A stretch of DNA of 64,000 bases from an uncultured delta proteobacterium (lineage in GTDB: Bacteria; Desulfobacterota; Syntrophia; Syntrophales; UBA5619): positions 64,001 through 128,000 of the forward strand of contig CAWFOM010000016.1 of the NCBI GenBank assembly GCA_963817385.1. The letters run 5' to 3'. A program made the translations under genes and the position numbers. Positions 39,156 to 50,515 of the stretch are shown piece by piece (positions within the stretch are counted from its first letter, which is position 1; the number at the start of each line of letters is the position of its first letter). The notes below the pieces were generated by a model. That model did no database searches. It saw only the letters and a program-made list of their open reading frames with translations, and had not been told where the DNA came from.

Positions 39156-40238
39156 TCAGGCCTCGGTGAAGTCCGTCGGCGGGTTCCTCAGGAACGGCCG
39201 GAACCGCTGCTTGTCGTTCGCCTTCATGTACGCCTCGTCCCCGCCGATCCACCCCTTGGTGAGGAGCTCCATGATCGCATCGTCCAGAAGCTGCATGCCG
39301 TATTTCTTCCCCGTCTGGATCATGGAGGGGATCTGGAAGGTCTTCGATTCACGAATCAGGTTCCGCACCGCCAAGTTGCCGATCAGGATCTCCAGGGCGA
39401 CGCAGCGTTCCTTATTGTCGATTCGCTTGAAGAGGACTTGGGCGATGACCGCCCGGATGCTGTCCGCGAGTGTGGAGCGGATTTGCATCTGCTCGCTCGC
39501 GGGAAACACCTCAATGACCCTGTCGATGGTCTTGGCGGCGCTCGTCGTGTGGAGGGTGGCGAAGACGAGGTGACCGGTGGAGGCCGCCTCCACGGCAAGC
39601 GAGATCGTCTCCAGGTCGCGCATCTCGCCGACAAGGATGATGTCCGGATCCTCGCGGAGCGCCCCGCGCAGGGCAGCCGCAAAGGTTTTGGTGTGCCGCC
39701 CGACCTCCCGATGATTCACGATGCAGCTCTTGCTCTTATGGACAAACTCGACCGGGTCCTCGATCGTGATAATGTGATCCTTCCGGGTGGCATTGGCCTC
39801 GTCGATGATCGCCGCAAGCGTCGTCGACTTGCCGCTTCCCGTCGGTCCGGTGACGAGGACCAGCCCCCGCGGGAGGGAAGCCAGCTTGGAGACGACCGAA
39901 GGCAGGCCCAGATCCTGGGCGGAGACGATCTCGGTCGGGATCTCCCGGAAAACCGCCGCACAACCATACTGCTGCTGGAAGAAATTGGCGCGGTAACGGG
40001 CGAGCCCCGGGATCTCATAGGCGAAGTCGACGTCCCCCGTCTCCTCGAACTGCTTGACCTTGTGCTCGGGGGTGATCTCGTAGAGCATCGCCTTGAGGCC
40101 ATCATTGGTGAGGATATCGAACTTGATCCGCTCCACATCCCCCCGAATCCGGAGCGCCGGCTGTTGACCGGAGACGAGATGCAGGTCCGATGCTCCCTGG
40201 TCATGCATCAACTGGAAAAAGGCGTCAATCTTTGCCAT
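39156..40238 (-). CDS. pilT: Type IV pilus retraction ATPase PilT
   Basis: ASDLHL, GPTGSGKSTT, ALREDPD, AVRNLIRE motif. Confidence 0.92.
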   Translation of the reverse strand: MAKIDAFFQLMHDQGASDLHLVSGQQPALRIRGDVERIKFDILTNDGLKAMLYEITPEHKVKQFEETGDVDFAYEIPGLARYRANFFQQQYGCAAVFREIPTEIVSAQDLGLPSVVSKLASLPRGLVLVTGPTGSGKSTTLAAIIDEANATRKDHIITIEDPVEFVHKSKSCIVNHREVGRHTKTFAAALRGALREDPDIILVGEMRDLETISLAVEAASTGHLVFATLHTTSAAKTIDRVIEVFPASEQMQIRSTLADSIRAVIAQVLFKRIDNKERCVALEILIGNLAVRNLIRESKTFQIPSMIQTGKKYGMQLLDDAIMELLTKGWIGGDEAYMKANDKQRFRPFLRNPPTDFTEA

Positions 40239-40487
40239 GGGTGGCCTCCTTGGATGATAGACACACGTTGTTTCATATAAGGCACGGTAACTATCCGACT
40301 CCGGGGTTATCCAGCGGTACGGACGCATCGCTATCCGCGGGATGCGCAGGCGCTGTGGCGGTACGGCGTCAGAAGTATAGGAAAAGGTCCCCGCTTTGTC
40401 AAGAAAAAGGGGCAACTCCACCTTGACCGAAGGCCCACCGGATGTTAGTAAATGAAAAAGCAGGACCAAAGACAAGGAGGATCTCCG

Positions 40488-40835
40488 ATGAAGATAACCG
40501 ACAAATACGTTCTGGTCGATGATGAACACGGGCTCAACGACATGCTGAAGGCGAAGGAGCGGGTGATCGCTCTTTTTTATGCCTCCTGGTGTCCCTTCTG
40601 TGCATCATTCCTGCCCGTATTCGAGAGGCATGCCGAAGGAGAGGGCCTATGCTTTCTGGCAGTGAAGGATGATCAGGAATGCATCGGGGATAAATATTCG
40701 GTAGAAGTGGTGCCGACCGCGCTTTTCTTTGAGAAGGGAAAAGTTTCAAGACGGCTGGACGGCCTCCCGGGCGTGGGCCTGAACAAGAAACAACTGACCG
40801 ATTTCATTCAGGCGTGTACGCTGCCAATAAGATAA
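40488..40835 (+). CDS. Thioredoxin family protein
   Basis: FYASWCPFC, VPT...F..G. Confidence 0.85.
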   Translation: MKITDKYVLVDDEHGLNDMLKAKERVIALFYASWCPFCASFLPVFERHAEGEGLCFLAVKDDQECIGDKYSVEVVPTALFFEKGKVSRRLDGLPGVGLNKKQLTDFIQACTLPIR

Positions 40836-40932
40836 AATCCCCTTGACATGCAGGTCGGTTTTTCATTATCTTCGTAGACGACCGATTATTTACCGTTCAG
40901 TCAACATCGATTTACTTCAGGAGAGTATAATC

Positions 40933-42331
40933 GTGGTGAGTTATCATAAGCTGCAGCACCCCCGGGTTTTCATAGCGATCACTGGTATGTTACTGAGTGC
41001 GTGGATCCTGTTCATCCTTTCGGGATGCAGCAGCAAACCTACCTACTCCATTTCCGGCACGGTTACTTCAGGCGGGTCGGCCCTGGCAGGGGTAACGATG
41101 ACCCTTGTCGGTGGATCTTCGGGGCCTGCGACGACGGATGCGAACGGAAATTATGCGTTCGACGATATTCCGGTCGGCACCTACACGCTCATTCCCTCAT
41201 TGACGGGATACACATTTGCACCTTCAAGCCGGGCCGTTTTTATCGACGGGCTCGATGCCGTCGGGTTTAATTTCAGCAGTATCAGTGAAGGCCGCACGGC
41301 TACGGCAACCCACACCGTGCACCTGAAGAGCAATGGTACGGTCTGGGTATGGGGAAACAATACGAACGGGCAGTTGGGCAACGGAACGACGACAAACAGT
41401 GCCGTGCCCATTCAGCTCAGCGGTTTATCCGATGTCAAGACCCTGGCCGCGGGCAATGATTTTACTGTTTCCCTGAGAAATGACGGTACGGTCTGGGCAT
41501 GGGGGAACAATACGAACGGGCAGCTCGGCAACGGAACGACGACGCAAAGCTCAACACCGCTGCAGGTAAACGGACTGACCGGTGTGACGGCAATTGCCGC
41601 AGGCTATCGACCATGCGGTTGCTTTGAAGAGCGACGGCTCCGTCTGGGCATGGGGAAATAACAATAACGGACAGCTCGGCAATGGAAGCACAACACAGAT
41701 GAACAGCCCGGTCCAGGTAAGCGGCGTGTCCGCTGCAACGGCGATTGCCGCAGGTAATGGCTACACAATGGTCCTGATGAGCGACAGCTCCGTCTGGACA
41801 TGGGGAAATAACAGTAACGGGCAGCTCGGTAACGGGACGACGACGAGCAGCGTGACCGCGGTCCAGGTCAGCGGCTTGTCCGGTGTGAGGGCGATTGCCG
41901 CAGGTAATGGCCACGCCATAGCCCTGATCACAGACGGCACGGTCCGGGCATGGGGCACCAATACCATGGGTCAGCTCGGCAATGGAACGTTAACCGACAG
42001 CTCTGTCCCGGTGATCGTAAGCGGACTGGCAGGCGTGATAGTGGTTTCCGCCGGCTACAGCCACTCTGTCGCCCTCAATAGCGATGGTACTATCCGCACA
42101 TGGGGAGATAACGCATCTGGTCAGCTCGGAGACGGAAGCCGGACGCAGAGCACTTCCCCTGTCCAGGTAAGCGGGTTGTCGGGTGCGATAGGCATCGCCG
42201 CAGGTAAAGGAAACACGCTTGCCCTTCAGGTGGACGGCACCCTCTGGGCATGGGGAAATAATCTCTATGGTCAGCTGGGTGACGGAACTTCGACTGATAG
42301 ATCGATCCCCGTCAAGGTCCAGCTTCCGTAA
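40933..42331 (+). CDS. RCC1/BLIP-II repeat lipoprotein with Ig-like N-domain; frameshift near 41608
   Basis: Lipobox LSGC; seven DGTVWAWGNN..GQLG.G repeats over two frames. Confidence 0.82.
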
Positions 42332-42483
42332 TGTGCCAAGACTTCAAAAGCAACTACTCATTGTAGCCTTATCGGAAAATCTAAGAAAAGAAATTGAGCG
42401 GCGGAAAGTGCCGCACATTTTCTCTCGACAAAAGACGTCAAGCTTCCACTCAAACTGTTATCCGCAGATCAGGGAGGAGTACG

Positions 42484-44172
42484 GTGAAAGACATCTATGA
42501 TCAGAAGCCTTGGCTGAAGTTTTATGACAAAGGGGTGCCGCCGACACTGGAATATCCCACCATTTCCTACCCGGAATTTATCAGGGAAGCCTTTGATAAG
42601 GTACCGGACAGGGTCGCGCTCTACTACATGGGGAATCGCATAAATTACCGCGAACTTGACACGCTTTCCAGCCAGTTTGCCCACTTTCTGGCAGAGAACG
42701 GCTGTCGGCCCGGAGATGCCGTGGGCGTCCATCTGCCCAACATCCCTGCCTGTTACATCGCCTGTCTCGGCATCCTGAAGGCAGGCTGTGTCTATACCGG
42801 CGTAAACGTTCTGATGAGCCCCGATGAGCTCGGGCAACAGATCAATGACGCCGGGGTCAAGATCCTCCTGACCCTCGATGCCCTCTTCGAGAGGGTGGGC
42901 AAAGTGGTCGAGAAGACGGGGATTAAGACCATAGTGGTCGCATCCATTGCCGACTTTTTCCCCCCTTTCAAGAAGGCCCTGGGGACGTTGCTCAAGAAGA
43001 TCCCCACCGGAAAAGTCGGTTCTCTGCCGGGGATCAAGGTGGTCCGTTTTTCGCAGGCCCTCGAGGGCATGCCGCGCAATTTACCGGCAGTACACGTGAA
43101 TCCCGAGGCCCCCTGCTTCATGATGTACACCGGAGGGACGACCGGGCGTCCCAAAGGGGCCGTTCTGACCCATCGAAATGTGGTTCGCCACATGGTGCAG
43201 AACAACACCTGGCTGGGATTGACGATTGGGGCGCACACGACGCTTTGTCCTTATCCGATGTTCCACGTGGCCGGTTGCTTTATCGCGATGGCCTGTATCG
43301 CACTGGGAAATTCCCTGGTCTTGGTGCTCAACCCGCGAGACCTCAAGTCTCTGATATCGGCCATCCGAAAATACAAGCCCACTTCCATACTGGCCGTCCC
43401 TACCATCTATCTGGAATTGATGAAAATGCCCCAATTCCGCGCCCTCGATTTTTCCGGAATCGAATACTTCATCAGCGGATCAGCCCCGTTTCCTACTGAA
43501 AACATCAATGAATTTGAAGCACTGGTCGGGAACAAGCTCATCGAAGGCTATGGATTGACCGAGGCGACTACGCTGATCACCTCGCTTCCCCATCGCGGCC
43601 TGAAGAAGGCGGGGTCCGTTGGGATTCCGCTGAGCGATACCGAGGTAAAGCTTGTGGATCCGGAGTCGGGGCAGGTGGTTCCTTTGGGAGAAGCGGGAGA
43701 GATTGTGGCCAGGGGACCTCAAGTATTCCAAGGATACCACAACCAACATGAGGAGACGGCCCGCACCGTCCGGGAGGGGTGGCTTTATACGGGCGATATC
43801 GCCGAAATGGACCAGGACGGATACTTCACCATCGTCGACAGGGTCAAGGATATGGTGAACGTTTCCGGTTTCAAGGTCTTCACCCGGGTGGTTGACGAGG
43901 TTCTGGTCCGGCATCCAGATGTGGACAGCGCCGCGACCGTCGGCCTGCCGGATCCGAACCGCCCCGGCTCCGAGATTGTGGCCAGCGCCATTGTTCTGAA
44001 GGCGGGACGTGAAAAAAACGAAGCGATGAAGCAGGAGATCATCGCCTACATGAAGGGAAAAGTGGCCCCCTACAAAGTTCCCCGGGTGATCGAGTTCATG
44101 GATCAACTGCCGCTCAGCCCCATCGGAAAGGTGTTGAAGCGGGAGCTCCGTAAGATGATTTCAGCCGGGTAG
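42484..44172 (+). CDS. Long-chain fatty-acid--CoA ligase family
   Basis: YTGGTTGRPKG, EGYGLTE, TGD, DRVKD, GKVLKR. Confidence 0.9.
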   Translation: MKDIYDQKPWLKFYDKGVPPTLEYPTISYPEFIREAFDKVPDRVALYYMGNRINYRELDTLSSQFAHFLAENGCRPGDAVGVHLPNIPACYIACLGILKAGCVYTGVNVLMSPDELGQQINDAGVKILLTLDALFERVGKVVEKTGIKTIVVASIADFFPPFKKALGTLLKKIPTGKVGSLPGIKVVRFSQALEGMPRNLPAVHVNPEAPCFMMYTGGTTGRPKGAVLTHRNVVRHMVQNNTWLGLTIGAHTTLCPYPMFHVAGCFIAMACIALGNSLVLVLNPRDLKSLISAIRKYKPTSILAVPTIYLELMKMPQFRALDFSGIEYFISGSAPFPTENINEFEALVGNKLIEGYGLTEATTLITSLPHRGLKKAGSVGIPLSDTEVKLVDPESGQVVPLGEAGEIVARGPQVFQGYHNQHEETARTVREGWLYTGDIAEMDQDGYFTIVDRVKDMVNVSGFKVFTRVVDEVLVRHPDVDSAATVGLPDPNRPGSEIVASAIVLKAGREKNEAMKQEIIAYMKGKVAPYKVPRVIEFMDQLPLSPIGKVLKRELRKMISAG

Positions 44173-44227
44173 GGGACAGTCCTACGTTGTCGCTGCTTGA
44201 CCGTCAAAACAGGAAAGGGAGAATCCG

Positions 44228-44713
44228 GTGAGCGAGAATATTCAACCCCGGCAACTCAAGCGGCAAACGCTTGGTTCATTCCTGCCGCTCTTTAAGACGC
44301 TCATTCCGCCTGAGCCTGCCGCACTTGCGGGCATTTACCAGGCGGAATTCGTCGGACCGGCATGGCTGCGCAAGACCGCGCCGCTCAGCCTCGCGCTCGG
44401 CGGTCTATCCGGCTGGTGGGGCAAGGCGTTCGATGGACGGGGTCATGGCGATAATATCATCCGGCGCCGCGGATCTTTCATGCGCGTCCTGCCGATGGTC
44501 GTCCGTTCCGCTCCGTCACACCTGGACGGGAAAGAGGGGATCACCATATCCTACCCCACCGGCTCCTCTTTCCCGTGGCCGTGGATTGTTGATGAAGTGC
44601 GCCTGTTAGGCCCGACAACGTTGCTTGGCATGACGCTTGTCACTCTCAACTGGGCGCCCAAAGTCGCGTTTCCGTTTCTCTTACACCGCCGGGAGAGTAT
44701 CAATGGACTATGA
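44228..44713 (+). CDS. Hypothetical protein
   Basis: GTG with RBS; protein-like composition (W.GK.F, S.LDGK, DEVR). Confidence 0.6.
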   Translation: MSENIQPRQLKRQTLGSFLPLFKTLIPPEPAALAGIYQAEFVGPAWLRKTAPLSLALGGLSGWWGKAFDGRGHGDNIIRRRGSFMRVLPMVVRSAPSHLDGKEGITISYPTGSSFPWPWIVDEVRLLGPTTLLGMTLVTLNWAPKVAFPFLLHRRESINGL

Positions 44714-44848
44714 CGATCTGGTCTATATCAGCACATCTCATCAATTGATTTGCCGGGGAAGGATCATTTGATGCGAATCTTCGCTCTGTGACCCGCCGTA
44801 ATCAAGCGGTTTTATGTGTCAAGGAGATTATGTTATGAGAAATTCTTC

Positions 44849-44877
44849 TTGACAGGCAAAACCGCTTTCCGTATCCT
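44849..44877 (+). promoter_or_regulatory. Putative sigma70 promoter
   Basis: TTGACA-17 bp-TATCCT. Confidence 0.6.
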
Positions 44878-45094
44878 CTCCCCACCCCGCCTGGGGTCAA
44901 TACCTCAGGCAGAATGCCGAAGTGGGTGCAATCATGTCCCAGGAAAATCGTATCCTCAAAGCCACGTCGTTCTCAGCACTGAGATGAGCCGGTCATACCG
45001 TACCACGGCTCCCGGACTTACGGCGCTGTCGCCTGTATATCTGCGGAAGAGGGGAATGTTTGACGTGTTAGAACAAATTCAGAAATAGGAGTGA

Positions 45095-46051
45095 ATGATG
45101 CACTTTGCGGATGGAATAACGATTACCACCCTGGTTGAGAATTATGTCGACATGCTCATTCCGAATACGGAGCGGATCAAGAGACCGGGACTCGCGTTCC
45201 ACTTTGACCCGCGGAACAAGCCGATCCAGGCGGAGAACGGGATTTCCTTGCTGGTCGATATTTCCTTCGCCGGTCAAAATTACCGGATCCTTTTCGATGC
45301 CGGATTGAGTGATTCGGTGATCCTTCACAACATGTCAGCGTTGAAGATCTCCCCGGATATCATTGACCACGCAGTCATCAGTCATGGCCACCCTGACCAT
45401 TACGGGGGATTGCTGGCCGTGTTAAAGGCCCGGAGTGTTCCGCTTCCCGTCATCATCCATCCCAATGCCTTTCTGACTCGGTATGTGGTTGCCGGAAACG
45501 GCTGGGTGATACCTTATTACAATCAATCACTGCGCAAAGAGGAACTGGAAGCCGCAGGAGGGAGGTTAGTGCTGGCAGCCAATCCCGTACAGATGGGGCC
45601 GGCCGCTTTCACCACGGGCGAAATTCCCCTTAAGACGCCTTTTGAACCCCCCGGACCGCCCTCGGGAACCCCGTCCAGCCTCAGATGCCTAAAAAACGGA
45701 AAGTTCGAAGAAGATGAAACCGCCGATGATCTCGCCCTGATTGTCTGTCTGAAAGACAAAGGGCTGGTCGTCGTCGCCGGGTGCGCCCATGCCGGAATCA
45801 TCAATACGATACGCCAGGCCCAGGCGGTCACCGGTGTAGAGAAGATACATGCGATCTTTGGCGGTTTTCACCTGGGATTTCCGGGAATTCCCGAAGAGAA
45901 ATCGGACAAGACCATCGAGGAGCTGAAACGTCTGAAGCCCGCTATTGTATCGCCCATGCACTGCAGCGGCTTCAAGACTCTGGCTGCGGTGGCCAGGGAG
46001 ATGCCAGAAGCTTTCTTGCTCAACACGGCCGGTGCGCAAATTACGCTTTAA
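45095..46051 (+). CDS. MBL-fold metallo-hydrolase (dihydropteroate-synthase-like MBL subgroup)
   Basis: AENG.S, LFDAG, ISHGHPDH.GG, GCAHAG..N, GGFH, PMHCSG. Confidence 0.85.
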   Translation: MMHFADGITITTLVENYVDMLIPNTERIKRPGLAFHFDPRNKPIQAENGISLLVDISFAGQNYRILFDAGLSDSVILHNMSALKISPDIIDHAVISHGHPDHYGGLLAVLKARSVPLPVIIHPNAFLTRYVVAGNGWVIPYYNQSLRKEELEAAGGRLVLAANPVQMGPAAFTTGEIPLKTPFEPPGPPSGTPSSLRCLKNGKFEEDETADDLALIVCLKDKGLVVVAGCAHAGIINTIRQAQAVTGVEKIHAIFGGFHLGFPGIPEEKSDKTIEELKRLKPAIVSPMHCSGFKTLAAVAREMPEAFLLNTAGAQITL

Positions 46052-46220
46052 TGCAGATAAAGCGGGGAGCTTTTTTATCCCTTGTCCAGTTTTGAGCGGA
46101 CAGGGGTGAGCCGCATCATAGGCCCAAAGTGTCCTTTGAAAGAGATGGCCGGATCGGCGTGATATGGTTTTTGGGGATCCCCGCTCCTGGGAAAAGGAGC
46201 CTGCTTATGAGAAAGGAGAG

Positions 46221-47932
46221 ATGATGATGGCCGAGGAGAGATTCTGGACGAAATCCTACGATCCGGGGTTAACCGACATCGACCCCGTCCACTGGGAAAA
46301 GTCTTACGTCGATGCGGTCGCCCCCATCTTCAAGAAATTCCCCGCCAAGCCGGCCTTCGCCTTCATGGGGGTGGAGGTGACCTTCGCCGAACTGGATCGC
46401 TACGCCAACCGATTCGCCCACATGCTGCTGGCGCAGGGACTCAAGAAGGGCGACGTGGTGGGCATCAACCTCCCCAACATCCCGGAATACGTCATCGCCT
46501 GGCTGGGGATCCTCCGGGCGGGGTGCGTCGTTTCCGGCGTTTCTCCTCTTCTCTCCGCCGAGGAGATGAAATACCAGCTCAAGGATTCCAATGCCGTGGG
46601 GCTGGTGACCCTCGATGCCATCTTCGCCGCACGGCTCACGAAAATCGTTGCCGATCTTCCGGATCTGAAGGTCGTGGCAACAACCAGCGTGGGGGGCTTC
46701 CTTCCGGCGATCAAAAGGGTCCTGGGCCGGCTTCTGAAAAAGATACCCCAGGGGAAGGTTACCCCGCTGCCGGGGAGATACGTCGCCGACATGATCAAGG
46801 TCATCCGGGGAGGTGCGTTCTCCGCCGAACGTCCCGCGGTGACGGTGACCCCCGACGATATCGCCTACATCCAGTACACCGGCGGGACCACCGGCAGCCC
46901 CAAAGGCGCCATGCTCACCCATCGCAACGCCGTCGCCGATCTCCTGATCGTCCAGACCTGGCTGAGCTGGGAGGAGGGCAAGGGATTGGCCCTCTCGGGA
47001 TTTCCTTTCTTCCACATCGCCGGGCTCTTCTTCAACGCGAACTGCATCTACCTGGGCTGGACGCAGATCCTGATCCCCAATCCCCGGGATACCGACCACA
47101 TCTGCAAGGAGCTGGCCAAGTACCGGCCGACGGCCCTGGTCAACGTGCCCTCGCTCTTCCAGATGCTCATCGCCAATCCCCGATTCAAGGAACTGGACCA
47201 CTCCCGCCTGCTGGCCTGCATCTCCGCCGCCGCCCCCTTCCCCGAGGAGTCCCAGCGGGAGTTGGAGAAGATCGTCGGCCGGGGGAAGCTCCTGGAGGTG
47301 TACGGGATGACCGAGACATCGCCGCTGACCACCATGAACCCCGACAAGAGAGAGCGGAAGCTGGGTTCCATCGGGCTTCCGCTGCTCAATACCGACATCA
47401 GGCTGGTCGATCCCGGGACGGGCCGGAGGGTGGCGGTGGGCGAGCCGGGAGAGATATGCGTCAAGGGGCCGCAGGTCATGGCCGGCTATTACAATAAACC
47501 CGATGAGACCCGGCAGGTCTTCGATGCGGACGGCTATCTCCATACCGGCGACGTGGCCGTCCAGGACGAGGCGGGCTACCTGCGGATTGTCGACCGGACC
47601 AAGGACATGCTCATCGTGGGCGGCTTCAAGGTCTTCTCCAAGAAGGTGGAGGAGGTCATGGTGGAGCATCCGGCGATCGACATGATCGCGATCATCGGTA
47701 CTCCCCAATCCCGAGCGTCCCGGCTCGGAACACGTCAAGGCGGTCGTCACCCTCAAGCCGGACTTCGCCTCCGGCGGCGACCAGGAGGCGCTGAAGGCCG
47801 ACATCCTGAAGATGGCCCGGGAGAGGCTTTCTCCCTACGAGGTGCCGAAGATATATTGACATCCGAAAGGAATTGCCCCTCACCGTCGTGGGCAAGATCG
47901 ACAAGAAGGTCCTGCGGAAAGAGGCGATATAG
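46221..47932 (+). CDS. Long-chain fatty-acid--CoA ligase family; C-terminal frameshifts at about 47703-47880
   Basis: YTGGTTGSPKG, YGMTE, TGD; C-terminal PNPERPGSE and TVVGKIDKKVLR in other frames. Confidence 0.85.
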
Positions 47933-47980
47933 TCGGGGGACGACGTTTCATTTCTCGAAAAAAGTCGATTTTGCCCTATG

Positions 47981-48056
47981 TTGTCATTCCGTGCTTGACA
48001 CGGAATCCCGTGTAAAAAAAACTAATCATGGACTCCTGCTTTCGCAGGAGTGACAA
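47981..48056. repeat. REP-like palindromic element
   Basis: TTGTCATTCCGTGCTTGACACGGAATCC...GGACTCCTGCTTTCGCAGGAGTGACAA: two hairpins within terminal inverted repeats. Confidence 0.7.
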
Positions 48057-48097
48057 GGCGGGTGTACGTTTCAAAGCAGGCCTCTCGAAGGAGACAT

Positions 48098-49202
48098 ATG
48101 GACCCCAAATTAGGAGATCTGGTTCACCGTCACAAGGAGATCGCGCGGGAGGAGAAAGAGAAAAACGGGCGTCTGGTATTTGGAACGCTCTGCTCTTATG
48201 TTCCCGTCGAGATTCTGCATGCCTTCGATATCCTGCCGGTCAGGCTTTGGGGCGATGGCAAGAACCATGAACGGGCAGACGCGCTGCTGCCGACCTACAT
48301 CTGCCCCCCGGCAAGGAATATCATGGCGATGGGTCTGGCCGGTCACTATGATTTTCTGGATGGGGTGATCCACTCTTACACCTGCGACGCGACGTGCGGG
48401 TTGTTCAACATCTGGTGCCGCAATTTGAAACCGGCCTTTTCCTTCCTGCTGAGCCCTCCCTACATGAACACGGATGAGGCCGTCGCAGTACTGCATAGCG
48501 GAATTCAAGGCCCTGATTGCGGCCCTTGAGGATTATACGAAAAAACGGTTCTCGGCCGAGAGGCTTCAGGAGTCGATCAACCTCTATGATGCGGCCCGGG
48601 AGCGCATCGGTGCGATCTACCAGGCAAACCGAAACGGCGCGGCCGTCCGCTATCTTGATTTGTATCAGATGAATCTGGCGCTGCAGGTGTTGCCGATCGA
48701 AAGGGTTGTTCCCTTTTTCGACGGATACCTGTCGAATGTCCGGATGAGCCCCGGAAAAGGAGCGAAGCACCGGATCATGATATCCGGCAGCGTCATCTCC
48801 GATCCGGATATCCTGGCGCGGATCGAAGAGCTCGGGGGAGACATCGTTGCGGATGACACCTGCCTGGGATATCGGCTGGTGCAGGAGAGGGTTCCGCCGC
48901 GGGAAGACCCCCTGTCGGCGCTGGCCCACTATTATCTCGATCGCCCGCCCTGCAGTTCGAGGGCCGATTTCCCCGCGAGGAAGGACTATATCCTCAAGAC
49001 GATCTCCGCCTTTGACGTGAACGCCGTCATCTTCATGCACCAGAAGTTCTGCGAACCTCATCTGGCGGATCATCCCTTCCTGAAAAACGTGTTGACAGAA
49101 AAAGGGATTCCCCAGTTGCAGTTGGAATTGGACGGGGAAGGGCTGAGCGGACAGATTCAGACGCGGCTGGAAGGTTTTTTTGAAATGCTGGAGGCTCGGT
49201 AA
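48098..49202 (+). CDS. 2-hydroxyacyl-CoA dehydratase/benzoyl-CoA reductase subunit (HgdB/BcrC type); frameshift near 48490
   Basis: CSYVPVE, TCDA, DDTC.G.R, KFCEPH, TRLEGF.EML. Confidence 0.82.
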
Positions 49203-50446
49203 TGGAAGAGAAGAAAACCCGGAAGCGGCTCCAGGCGAATACGGCTCTCAGGCAGATCATCATGGATTTCTATGCGGAGGGGCACAGGGCCAAGGCCGAA
49301 GGACGCCCCGTGATCTGGATCCCGCCGATGAACGGCCTGATCGAGCTTTTCTACGCCATGGGGATCACCCCGGTCTTCCCGGAAAACTGGGCGCCCCTCT
49401 GCGCCGCCATCGGCACCAGCCAAAAGAACTTCGAATATGCGGCCAACAGGGGTTTTTCGGGGGATCTCTGCGGGTATTTCCGGAACAACGTGGGCTATGC
49501 GCTGGACGGAATCAACGAGGAGAACCAGCCGCTGAACGGCCTTCCGGCGCCCGACTTCCTGATCTCCTTCGGGGCCGGCTGCATCCCCACCATGAAGGCC
49601 TTCCAGGTGATGTGCGATCACTTCAACGTCCCGGTTTTCCGAGCCGACCTTCCGCAGGTGGCCATGGAGAAGATCGAAAAACGTCATATCGCGTATGGGG
49701 TGGCCCAGATCAAGCGGCTGATCCGTTTCCTGGAGGATGAGACCGGCTTGAAATTCGATATCGATAAACTGCGGCAGGCCGTCATCCATACGAATGAGGC
49801 GTGCCGGCTCTGGGACGAGATCATGGCAACGCGCTCGACGGTCCCCTCCCCGTTTTCCGCCGCGGAGATCGGCATCATGTTTGTGATGGTGACCCGGCAC
49901 GGGACCGAAATCGCCGTGAATTTTCTGAAAGATGTCCTGCGGGAGGTCAAGGAGAAAGTGGCCCGGGGGGAAGGCGTGATCCCCCATGAGAAGATACGGC
50001 TCTTCTGGGACAACATCCCGCTCTGGTACAACATGCAGCTCTTCAACTACTTCGAGAAATGGGATGCCGTGGTGGTGGCGGAAACGTATACCTCCGCCTG
50101 GTCGCTGAGACTCAACCCCGATGAGCCGCTGGAGAGCATTGCCTACAAGTCCCTCGTCTCCTATCCGCTGGTCTCCTGCGTGTCGCTGAACAAGCGGATC
50201 GAGCTGATCACCAGGGCCGTCCGGGATTACAAGATCGACGGGGCCATTCTCCATTCGAACCGGAGCTGCAGGCCCATCTCGATGGGGCAGATGGACATCG
50301 GGCGGGTCCTTGCCGAGGAACTCTCCGTGCCCAGCGTCATGTTCGACGGCGACCATATGGATGGCGAGAAGTTCTCGATGGCCCAGTTTCAAACCCGGAT
50401 CGACGCCTTCATGGAGATGATTCTGGAGAAAAAGAGTGCTTCGTGA
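49202..50446 (+). CDS. 2-hydroxyacyl-CoA dehydratase/benzoyl-CoA reductase subunit (HgdA/BcrB type)
   Basis: PEN, DLCGY, P.PD, RLFWDNIP.W, NRSCRP, DGD..D, TRIDAF.E. Confidence 0.85.
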   Translation: MEEKKTRKRLQANTALRQIIMDFYAEGHRAKAEGRPVIWIPPMNGLIELFYAMGITPVFPENWAPLCAAIGTSQKNFEYAANRGFSGDLCGYFRNNVGYALDGINEENQPLNGLPAPDFLISFGAGCIPTMKAFQVMCDHFNVPVFRADLPQVAMEKIEKRHIAYGVAQIKRLIRFLEDETGLKFDIDKLRQAVIHTNEACRLWDEIMATRSTVPSPFSAAEIGIMFVMVTRHGTEIAVNFLKDVLREVKEKVARGEGVIPHEKIRLFWDNIPLWYNMQLFNYFEKWDAVVVAETYTSAWSLRLNPDEPLESIAYKSLVSYPLVSCVSLNKRIELITRAVRDYKIDGAILHSNRSCRPISMGQMDIGRVLAEELSVPSVMFDGDHMDGEKFSMAQFQTRIDAFMEMILEKKSAS

Positions 50447-50515
50447 TCAGCGAAGAGTGGCGGCGCAGTACAGCCGGGTCGATCAGGGATTTCATTTCAA
50501 TATCAACAATGCCTT

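Noticed and set aside
37851..40238. pilT/pilU as evidence of conductive pili linked to the cytochrome island
   Set aside because: No pilin gene here, host-like composition and over 8 kb from the island; proximity alone is not evidence
41320..42300. Regularly spaced GGCATGGGG(A/C)AA...CAGCTCGG repeats resembling a CRISPR array
   Set aside because: About 150-nt period, degenerate at third codon positions, and they encode RCC1 repeats; no cas genes
44703..44771. Short ORF MDYDDLVYIS overlapping the 44713 stop as a gene remnant
   Set aside because: Too short and lacking a diagnostic motif
48098..50446. Class I benzoyl-CoA reductase call
   Set aside because: The ATP-binding subunits and ring-cleavage genes are absent from the window; it cannot be separated from dehydratases without a phylogeny
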